A stretch of 64,000 bases of DNA from Eledone cirrhosa. Its lineage: Eukaryota. The stretch is taken from the NCBI GenBank assembly GCA_964016885.1, contig CAXHJY010001405.1:41063-105062 (forward strand), in the 5' to 3' direction. Each line of letters opens with the position of its first letter. The first letter of the stretch is position 1. The notes under the pieces were generated by a model that was not told where the DNA came from, did no database searches, and saw only the letters and a program-made list of their open reading frames with translations. Both the position numbers and the translations under genes were made by a program. Positions 42,601 through 51,445 of the stretch are shown piece after piece.

Positions 42601-42920
42601 CAAACATCGACCTCCTTACGTTCAAGCATTTCTACAACCTCGTTAGCGCGACCCTTTAGGGTGCCTACATTTATGGTACCAATTCTGAAGTTTTGGGTTG
42701 CGTTTGGAGGGTGGGGGTGGTGGGGGGCGGGAGGAGATAGGGTTATGTTAGCCATCCCCGGACGAAACAAAGAGGAGTGCTCGCATTCTCGTCCACGAGG
42801 TGAATTTGACTTTAACTTTGGCATTTTCGCTCTGGGCGTCCAGATTTTTCTCTCCCTTCCACTCTCCAGGATTCCGCAGTCCGTCCGTCCATCCATCCAT
42901 CCATCATATATCGAAGGCAA
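39642..42920 (-). CDS. RTE LINE APE-RT polyprotein (family A)
   Basis: Same motifs as A1 and nearly identical downstream of GTINVG; no stops. Confidence 0.95.
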   Translation of the reverse strand: MPSIYDGWMDGRTDCGILESGRERKIWTPRAKMPKLKSNSPRGRECEHSSLFRPGMANITLSPPAPHHPHPPNATQNFRIGTINVGTLKGRANEVVEMLERKEVDVCCIQETRWRGGSARFIEGKKRCYKLFWVGNDDGLGGVGIMVAEKWADKIIDVNRVNDRIIKIRLVLNRTTVTVISAYAPQSGLPGTIKDRFYETLLLTTSQISDSDYIIIAGDLNGHVGQHCDGYDEIHGGYGFGTRNEEGSRILEYCDANNLTICNTNFKKRDNHLITYRSGEHTSQVDYILTRRRDRVSVVNTKSLPHEECTSQHRLIISDLIVRTRRTRQQKRTILRRKIWKLKDPTARNKFQSILLDAFDSKEEHLESDNIEGQWKFLKANLLLATDEVCGWSRPVGRRRVTWWWNSRVEGSIKAKKQAWKVWRDGGSRVDYQVARREARREVYLARREAEERKFKHVLQRDDQKREVFRIARQCVKENRDIVGEKCVLNDDGILAITDTDKKVAWKCHYERLLNEENKWEKDSLPHIDPIEGPAVLVEGSIISKAIKDMKTGKAAGPSEIVAEMLKASGTVGHTMVTRIVNQVVQNGVVPKDWHSSIIVNCYKGKGDTLDRSNYRGIKLIDQVMKVTEKVIAQLIRERIDLDEMQFGFVSGKSTTDALFIVRQLQEKYLAKGKPLYLAFVDLEKAFDRVPRSIIWWALRKLGVDEWLVRAIQAMYKETVSKVRINNEYSEEFSVKVGVHQGSVLSPLLFIIALQAITEEFKTGCPWELLYADDLTLIAESMAELEKKFQTWKHGLESKGLKINLAKTKALVCRKENKAAVPSGKWSCSVCRKGVGRNSILCPKCKVWVHKRCSGITGKLTKNIDFTCGRCSGAISSSKCPQNTSSFNCAEGSIEIVDSFRYLGDKISSGGGCSESTVARVRTGWKKFRELIPLLAAKGFSLKMKGRLYDACIRTAMLHGSETWALCAEDIRRLERNEACMLRWMCNSNIRERQSINELRKKLEIRGIRCCLLERRLRWYGHVMRMKVDSCITKCRAIKIDGSHGIGRPRKTWDELINSDLTHLHLSKTMSLDRDLWRYSVTEKTRLASRHL

Positions 42921-43113
42921 CCGGGCAAGCGATAGTATAGGCCTCTGGCTTATGATTTGGTCCGCGTAATAATAATAATGGTGATGCGTGGGGGGTGGGG
43001 GGCTCTGGCTTATAATAATGGTGGTGATGCGTGGGGGGGGGGGGCTCTGGCTTATGATTGGTCCACGTATTAAGTATGGTGGCGTGTGGGGGCGGGAGGG
43101 AGGGGTGTGGGGT

Positions 43114-43890
43114 AGCTAGCTGGAAGGTTATGAATGTTTAACAAGCGATTTAACAAAAAGCAAAACTGCAAGATTTGTTCTGTTCAATACGACAAAAACA
43201 CCGTATTTAAACCTTAAATAGATAACAAAAAAATACAGATTTCGGATTTTGCGAGATTGGATGTTTGTTTGGACTATGTACGAAATTGAGCGTGGAATGG
43301 AGAGAAGAATTTGTACTTTACGATTTACATGGGTACATCATAGTAGAAATAATTGAAGCAGCGGTGGATTGGCGAAAGTGAATAAACATGAAGGAGAACT
43401 TATCTTATATATATATATGTGTGTGTGTGTGTGTAGCTAAGAGAGAGATAGAGGGGAAGAAAGAGAGGGGGGGAAGGGGGAGAGATATTGTGGCTGACCG
43501 CAGCCCCTCGTGGAGTAGCAGGAGGGTGAAGGGGTGGAGCGGATTTTTGACTTTCAAGTAGCATACTATATATATTTAAAGTAATTTATAAGTAGAATGG
43601 GAAGGATTTTGTTTTTTGTTTGAGAATACGATAGAATTAAGGAATTGGACGATACGATAGAATTAAGCTAGCTGGAAGGTTATGAATGTTTAACAAGCGA
43701 TTTAACAAAAAGCAAAACTGCAAGATTTGTTCTGTTCAATACGACAAAAACACCGTATTTAAACCTTAAATAGATAACAAAAAAATACAGATTTCGGATT
43801 TTGCGAGATTGGATGTTTGTTTGGACTATGTACGAAATTGAGCGTGGAATGGAGAGAAGAATTTGTACTTTACGATTTACATGGGTACAT
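43114..43890 (-). repeat. ~553-bp monomer array of A3, proximal part (1.4 copies)
   Basis: AGCTAGCTGGAAGG at 43114 and 43666. Confidence 0.93.
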
Positions 43891-45520
43891 ATTCTAATCA
43901 TATTGTATCTCTCTCAGTTATTTACCATGCGACCCTCAGTTCCTACCCCCCCCCCCCTCTCTATGCACTTCTTTAAGGCTTACTACCCTGTCTTTAACCT
44001 AATTCATTCAATCTGAAAATATTGAAGAGATAAGACACTTTCCCATTCTTCTCTGCTAAAATATACCACTAGAGCTGATTCAAATTTTCCCAGCCAGCCA
44101 TCCATCTAATCTACGAAGGTATTCTAGCCTACATATTGTCGTTAATATTATGATGTTCCCTGCTGTATTAGCGTTAAATTTTCCCTGCTGTATTAGCGAT
44201 AAATTTTCGAGGGTTTCTCTTAGTAGCTTTTTTCATGACGTTATTATTGTTAATTTTACTGATGTAGTATTAACTTATTAACTTGGATATTTACCATGCG
44301 GTATTCTAATCCTATTGTATCTCTCTCAGTTATTTACCATGCGACCCTCAGTTCCTACCCCCCCCCCCTCTCTATGCACTTCTTTAAGGCTTACTACCCT
44401 GTCTTTAACCTAATTCATTCAATCTGAAAATATTGAAGAGATAAGACACTTTCCCATTCTTCTCTGCTAAAATGTACCACTAGAGCTGATTCAAATTTTC
44501 CCAGCCAGCCATCCATCTAATCTACGAAGGTATTCTAGCCTACATATTGTCGTTAATATTATGATGTTCCCTGCTGTATTAGCGTTAAATTTTCCCTGCT
44601 GTATTAGCGATAAATTTTCGAGGGTTTCTCTTAGTAGCTTTTTTCATGACGTTATTATTGTTAATTTTACTGATGTAGTATTAACTTATTAACTTGGATA
44701 TTTACCATGCGGTATTCTAATCCTATTGTATCTCTCTCAGTTATTTACCATGCGACCCTCAGTTCCTACCCCCCCCCTCTCTATGCACTTCTTTAAGGCT
44801 TACTACCCTGTCTTTAACCTAATTCATTCAATCTGAAAATATTGAAGAGATAAGACACTTTCCCATTCTTCTCTGCTAAAATGTACCACTAGAGCTGATT
44901 CAAATTTTCCCAGCCAGCCATCCATCTAATCTACGAAGGTATTCTAGCCTACATATTGTCGTTAATATTATGATGTTCCCTGCTGTATTAGCGTTAAATT
45001 TTCCCTGCTGTATTAGCGATAAATTTTCGAGGGTTTCTCTTAGTAGCTTTTTTCATGACGTTATTATTGTTAATTTTACTGATGTAGTATTAACTTATTA
45101 ACTTGGATATTTACCATGCGGTATTCTAATCCTATTGTATCTCTCTCAGTTATTTACCATGCGACCCTCAGTTCCTACCCCCCCCCTCTCTATGCACTTC
45201 TTTAAGGCTTACTACCCTGTCTTTAACCTAATTCATTCAATCTGAAAATATTGAAGAGATAAGACACTTTCCCATTCTTCTCTGCTAAAATGTACCACTA
45301 GAGCTGATTCAAATTTTCCCAGCCAGCCATCCATCTAATCTACGAAGGTATTCTAGCCTACATATTGTCGTTAATATTATGATGTTCCCTGCTGTATTAG
45401 CGTTAAATTTTCCCTGCTGTATTAGCGATAAATTTTCGAGGGTTTCTCTTAGTAGCTTTTTTCATGACGTTATTATTGTTAATTTTACTGATGTAGTATT
45501 AACTTGGATATTTACCATGC
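43891..45520 (+). repeat. ~410-bp tandem monomer array (4 copies) at the 5' end of RTE B1
   Basis: ATTCTAATC at 43891, 44303, 44714 and 45123; lengths vary at a C-run. Confidence 0.95.
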
Positions 45521-45780
45521 GACCCTCAGTTCCTACCTCACAATTTCCCTCCCCCCCACCCCCACACACCACCATAGTCTATTCGACCAATCAAACCTAG
45601 CATGCCATTTCCACTGCTGCTGCTGCTACTACCTGCCTAACTAACTCTCTCCTCCTCTGGCGCATCCCAACACACCCTGCCATTACCCCACCACCACTGT
45701 CCTTCTAGCCCTCAATTTTCCCACCGTTATGGATGGATGAGCTGGGAATACACGAGCAACTCTGAATCAATAGATGAAAT

Positions 45781-48700
45781 ATGAATCTGCGAGCTACCAA
45801 GCACCCACGTGAAGCGCCAACCCAGAGACCCTCCCCTACGAGTGTCGACAAATGCCCAAAACTCCGAGTTGGTACCATCAATGTAGGCTCAATGAAAGGA
45901 AGAGCAGGAGAAATCGTAGAAATGCTAGAGCGAAAGGAAGTTGATGTATGCTGTGTGCAAGAGACTAGATGGAGAGGAGGGTCTGCTAGAGTCCTTGTAG
46001 GAAAAAGCCAGTGCTACAAATTTTTCTGGGTGGGAAATGACGATGGGATGGGTGGTGTAGGTATACTATTAGCTGACAAGTGGGTAGATAAAGTAATCTC
46101 AGTGTACAGGGTAAATGCAAGAATCATTAAACTCAGACTAGTCCTGAATAAGACAATTACCACAATAATATCAGCTTACGCACCCCAATCGGGGCTGCCA
46201 GACGAACTTAAGGATAGGTTTTACGAGTCCCTAATACACACTACTGCTCTAACAGACGACAAGGACTTCCTAATCATTGCAGGAGATTTTAACGGACACG
46301 TAGGTAAACACTGCGACGGCTTCAATAGAGTACATGGAGGCCATGGAGTTGGCACAAGGAATGAGGAAGGATTCAGACTTCTAGAATTCTGCGACGCCAA
46401 TGACATGTCGATATGTAACACAAACTTTAAAAAACCCGACAACCACCTGATCACCTATAGATCAGGGGAGCACTCTAGTCAGTTAGATTTTATCCTCATC
46501 AGAGGACGTGACAGATGGACGGTCGTAAACACAAAAGCCTTCCCTAGTGAGGAATGTACATCCCAACATAGCTTAGTTGTCAGCGACCTCACGGTCAGAA
46601 CTAGACGAGCCCTGAAACAGAGGCCAACCTGGAGAAGAAAGATCTGGAAGCTGAAAGTCCCCTCAACCAGTAACAGATTTAAAGATATTTTACTCAACGC
46701 CTACGACAGTAAAGAAGAACAGATAGAGACATTTAACGTAGAAGAGAACTGGGAGTTCCTAAAAAATAACTTACTAGAGGCGACGGATGAGGTTTGTGGC
46801 TGGAGTAAGACCTCAAGCAGGAGGAGAGTGACTTGGTGGTGGAACAATAAGGTAGATGAAGCAGTCAAGGCCAAGAGACAGGCATGGAAAGAATGGAAGA
46901 ACGGGGGGAGCAGGGTACATTACATAGAGACCAAGAGGGAAGCTAGGCGACAAGTATACTTAGCTAGGAGGGAAGCAGAGGATAGAAAATTCAAGCATGT
47001 TTTACAACGTGAGGACCAGAAACAGGAGGTATTCAAGATTGCGAGGCAGTGTGTCAGAGATAGTTGTGATGTCATTGGAGAGAAGTGTATCCGGAATGAT
47101 AAAGGTGAGCTTGCCCTCACAAGTGCTGAGAAGAAAGATGCATGGAAGAGTCATTATGATAGATTACTAAATGAGGAGAATGCATGGGAAGAAGAGACCC
47201 TACCCCACGTAGACCCTATAGAGGGACCAGCAGTACAAGTCAGCGGCAGCGTAGTAAGTAAGGCAATCAGAGATATGAAGATAGGGAAGGCAACCGGTCC
47301 ATCGGGTATAGCTGCCGAGATGCTGAAGACATCTGGGTCTGTAGGTCACACTATAACCACACGTATCGTTAACCAGGTAATACTAGAGGGGGCCATACCA
47401 AAAGATTGGTGCAGTAGCATCATTGTCAACTGCTACAAAGGTAAAGGCGATGCACTAGATAGAGGAAACTATAGAGGTATAAAGTTGATGGACCAGGTCA
47501 TGAAAGTAACAGAAAGAGTTATAGCACAGCTGATTAGGGACCGGGTGAATATAGACGAGATGCAATTTGGGTTTGTACCAGGGAAAGGCACCACTGATGC
47601 GCTCTTCCTTGTGAGGCAATTACAGGAAAAGTACCTAGCTAAAAGTAAGCCACTCTACTTGGCATTTGTCGACCTTGAGAAAGCCTTTGACAGAGTTCCA
47701 CGTGCAGTAATCTGGTGGGCTCTTAGAAAACTAGGAGTAGATGAATGGCTTGTGAAAGCGGTACAAGCCATGTATAGGGGAGCAGTCAGCAAAGTTAGGA
47801 TTGGCAATGAGTATAGCGAGGAATTTAGCGTACAGGTTGGGGTCCACCAGGGCTCTGTTCTTAGCCCTCTCCTGTTCATCATAGTCCTGCAGGCAATAAC
47901 GGAGGAGTTTAAGACCGGATGCCCATGGGAACTCCTGTATGCTGATGACCTCGCACTCATAGCTGAATCTATGGTAGAACTAGAGAATAAATTCCAAACC
48001 TGGAAGCAGGGACTAGAGAGAAAGGGCCTCAAAGTCAACATGACAAAGACTAAGGTCCTTATAAGTAGACGAGAAAACAGAACCCAGATCCCCTCAGGGA
48101 AATGGCCTTGCTCAGTATGTAGGAAAGGTGTAGGTAGGAACTCCATTCTTTGCCCCAAATGCAAACAATGGGTACACAAGAGATGTAGCGGGATCTCAGG
48201 AAGCTTAATTAAGAATGTAGGATTCACATGCAGCAGCTGTGCTGAAACAGCAAGCAAACAGCCACAGGAAACAAGTACCACCAATCTCTGGGAGGGCCCT
48301 GTAGAAACAGTAGACAGCTTCTGCTACCTAGGTGACCGAATTAGCAACGGAGGTGGGTGCTCAGAAAGTACAATAACTAGGGTAAGAACGGGATGGAAGA
48401 AGTTTAGGGAACTACTACCACTGCTAGCTGCAAAAGGCTTCTCCCTCAGAATGAAAGGCAGACTGTATGATGCGTGTATCCGAACAGCGATGTTGCATGG
48501 TAGTGAGACCTGGGCGCTGAAGGTGGAAGACCTACGTAGATTAGAGAGAAACGAAGCCTGCATGCTCCGATGGATGTGTAACAGTAATATACGTGAACGA
48601 CAAAGCATAAATGAATTGAGAGAGAGACTGAGCATAAGAGGAATCAAATGCTGCGTGCAGGAGAGGCGGTTACGCTGGTATGGACATGTGATGCGTATGA

Positions 48701-48900
48701 AGGATGACAGCTGCATAAAAAGGTGCAGAGCACTAGAAGTTGATGGAAACCGCGGAGTGGGGAGACCCAAGATGACTTGGGATGAGGTGATAAAAGCCGA
48801 CCTTACCCAACTACACCTCTCAAAGTCAATGACACACGACCGTGACTTCTGGCGTCACGCAGTAATACAGGGTACCCGACCTCCCATGGGTACATGCTGA
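45781..48900 (+). CDS. RTE LINE APE-RT polyprotein (family B), 1039 aa, intact
   Basis: GTINVGSM, CCVQETRW, AGDFNGHVG, FVDLEKAFDRV, GVHQGSVLSP, LLYADD, YLG, RRLRWYGHV. Confidence 0.96.
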   Translation: MNLRATKHPREAPTQRPSPTSVDKCPKLRVGTINVGSMKGRAGEIVEMLERKEVDVCCVQETRWRGGSARVLVGKSQCYKFFWVGNDDGMGGVGILLADKWVDKVISVYRVNARIIKLRLVLNKTITTIISAYAPQSGLPDELKDRFYESLIHTTALTDDKDFLIIAGDFNGHVGKHCDGFNRVHGGHGVGTRNEEGFRLLEFCDANDMSICNTNFKKPDNHLITYRSGEHSSQLDFILIRGRDRWTVVNTKAFPSEECTSQHSLVVSDLTVRTRRALKQRPTWRRKIWKLKVPSTSNRFKDILLNAYDSKEEQIETFNVEENWEFLKNNLLEATDEVCGWSKTSSRRRVTWWWNNKVDEAVKAKRQAWKEWKNGGSRVHYIETKREARRQVYLARREAEDRKFKHVLQREDQKQEVFKIARQCVRDSCDVIGEKCIRNDKGELALTSAEKKDAWKSHYDRLLNEENAWEEETLPHVDPIEGPAVQVSGSVVSKAIRDMKIGKATGPSGIAAEMLKTSGSVGHTITTRIVNQVILEGAIPKDWCSSIIVNCYKGKGDALDRGNYRGIKLMDQVMKVTERVIAQLIRDRVNIDEMQFGFVPGKGTTDALFLVRQLQEKYLAKSKPLYLAFVDLEKAFDRVPRAVIWWALRKLGVDEWLVKAVQAMYRGAVSKVRIGNEYSEEFSVQVGVHQGSVLSPLLFIIVLQAITEEFKTGCPWELLYADDLALIAESMVELENKFQTWKQGLERKGLKVNMTKTKVLISRRENRTQIPSGKWPCSVCRKGVGRNSILCPKCKQWVHKRCSGISGSLIKNVGFTCSSCAETASKQPQETSTTNLWEGPVETVDSFCYLGDRISNGGGCSESTITRVRTGWKKFRELLPLLAAKGFSLRMKGRLYDACIRTAMLHGSETWALKVEDLRRLERNEACMLRWMCNSNIRERQSINELRERLSIRGIKCCVQERRLRWYGHVMRMKDDSCIKRCRALEVDGNRGVGRPKMTWDEVIKADLTQLHLSKSMTHDRDFWRHAVIQGTRPPMGTC

Positions 48901-49205
48901 AGCATATAAACAATATGCGCCCCCCCCCTCCCGCCGCAAGGTGGTCGTGGAGGTGCCACGGCAAAAAAGCACCCAGCCCACACTGTAAAGTGGACGTGTA
49001 GGCGCCACGAAAAAGCACCCAGCACTCACTGTAAATGAGGTTGGTGTTAGGAAGGGCATCCAGCTGTAGAAATCAAGCCAGATCAGTTCCTGTATGAGCA
49101 AGGCATGGTCAGCCGACCAGACACTGCCCACAACAGGACAACCCGTCTAACCCATGCTAGCGTGGAAGAACGGACGTAAAACGGTGATGATGATGATGAT
49201 GATGA

Positions 49206-49275
49206 CATCATAGTAGAAATAATTGAAGCAGCGGTGGATTGGCGAAAGTGAATAAACATGAAGGAGAACTTATCT

Positions 49276-49306
<31 letters not shown>

Positions 49307-50902
49307 AGCTAAGAGAGAGATAGAGGGGAAGAAAGAGAGGGGGGGGAAGGGGGAGAGATATTGTGGCTGACCGCAGCCCCTCGTGGAGTAGCAGGAGGGT
49401 GAAGGGGTGGAGCGGATTTTTGACTTTCAAGTAGCATACTATATATATTTAAAGTAATTTATAAGTAGAATGGGAAGGATTTTGTTTTTTGTTTGAGAAT
49501 ACGATAGAATTAAGGAATTGGACGATACGATAGAATTAAGCTAGCTGGAAGGTTATGAATGTTTAACAAGCGATTTAACAAAAAGCAAAACTGCAAGATT
49601 TGTTCTGTTCAATACGACAAAAACACCGTATTTAAACCTTAAATAGATAACAAAAAAAATACAGATTTCGGATTTTGCGAGATTGGATGTTTGTTTGGAC
49701 TATGTACGAAATTGAGCGTGGAATGGAGAGAAGAATTTGTACTTTACGATTTACATGGGTACATCATAGTAGAAATAATTGAAGCAGCGGTGGATTGGCG
49801 AAAGTGAATAAACATGAAGGAGAACTTATCTTATATATATATATGTGTGTGTGTGTGTGTAGCTAAGAGAGAGATAGAGGGGAAGAAAGAGAGGGGGGGA
49901 AGGGGGAGAGATATTGTGGCTGACCGCAGCCCCTCGTGGAGTAGCAGGAGGGTGAAGGGGTGGAGCGGATTTTTGACTTTCAAGTAGCATACTATATATA
50001 TTTAAAGTAATTTATAAGTAGAATGGGAAGGATTTTGTTTTTTGTTTGAGAATACGATAGAATTAAGGAATTGGACGATACGATAGAATTAAGCTAGCTG
50101 GAAGGTTATGAATGTTTAACAAGCGATTTAACAAAAAGCAAAACTGCAAGATTTGTTCTGTTCAATACGACAAAAACACCGTATTTAAACCTTAAATAGA
50201 TAACAAAAAAAATACAGATTTCGGATTTTGCGAGATTGGATGTTTGTTTGGACTATGTACGAAATTGAGCGTGGAATGGAGAGAAGAATTTGTACTTTAC
50301 GATTTACATGGGTACATCATAGTAGAAATAATTGAAGCAGCGGTGGATTGGCGAAAGTGAATAAACATGAAGGAGAACTTATCTTATATATATATATGTG
50401 TGTGTGTGTGTGTAGCTAAGAGAGAGATAGAGGGGAAGAAAGAGAGGGGGGGAAGGGGGAGAGATATTGTGGCTGACCGCAGCCCCTCGTGGAGTAGCAG
50501 GAGGGTGAAGGGGTGGAGCGGATTTTTGACTTTCAAGTAGCATACTATATATATTTAAAGTAATTTATAAGTAGAATGGGAAGGATTTTGTTTTTTGTTT
50601 GAGAATACGATAGAATTAAGGAATTGGACGATACGATAGAATTAAGCTAGCTGGAAGGTTATGAATGTTTAACAAGCGATTTAACAAAAAGCAAAACTGC
50701 AAGATTTGTTCTGTTCAATACGACAAAAACACCGTATTTAAACCTTAAATAGATAACAAAAAAATACAGATTTCGGATTTTGCGAGATTGGATGTTTGTT
50801 TGGACTATGTACGAAATTGAGCGTGGAATGGAGAGAAGAATTTGTACTTTACGATTTACATGGGTACATCATAGTAGAAATAATTGAAGCAGCGGTGGAT
50901 TG
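49206..50902 (-). repeat. ~553-bp monomer array of A3, distal part (~3.1 copies)
   Basis: Unit starts at 49539, 50092 and 50645. Confidence 0.95.
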
Positions 50903-50917
50903 ATACATATATACATA

Positions 50918-51252
50918 TGGAGGCACATGGCTTAGTGGTTAGAGCATTGGCCTTGCAATCGAAAGGTTGTGAGATCAATTCTCAGACCGGGTGATGTGTT
51001 GTTTCCTTGAGCAAGACACTTTATTTCACATTGCTCCAGTTTACTCAGCTGTAGAAATGAGATGATAGGGACTGAGGTCCCTATCATTCCACTGCAAAGT
51101 GGTCGTGGAGGTGCCACGGCAAAAAAGCACCCAGCACTCACTGTAAATGAGGTTGGTGTTAGGAAGGGCATCCAGCTGTAGAAATCAAGCCAGAATCAGT
51201 TCCCGTCCCACCCTTGCAAGCAGGGAAAAAGCGGACGTAAAATGAAATGATG

Positions 51253-51254
<2 letters not shown>
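50918..51254 (+). mobile_element. tRNA/CORE-like/RTE-tail SINE
   Basis: Same family as 28181-28526. Confidence 0.9.
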
Positions 51255-51302
<48 letters not shown>

Positions 51303-51414
51303 ACATATATATATATATACATATATATACATATATATATATACACATATATACATATATATATATACACATATATATATACACATATATATATATACAC
51401 ATATATATATATAC

Positions 51415-51445
<31 letters not shown>

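Larger units (their letters stand above)
43891..49205 (+). mobile_element. RTE family B copy B1, full-length ORF, nested in the A3 array
   Basis: The interrupted monomer resumes exactly: gggtACAT|insert...gatgatg|ACATcatagtag. Confidence 0.93.
39287..50902 (-). mobile_element. RTE family A copy A3 with intact ORF and a ~553-bp 5' monomer array interrupted by RTE B1
   Basis: Tail at 39287; ORF 39642-42920; monomers at 43114-43890 and 49206-50902. Confidence 0.9.
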
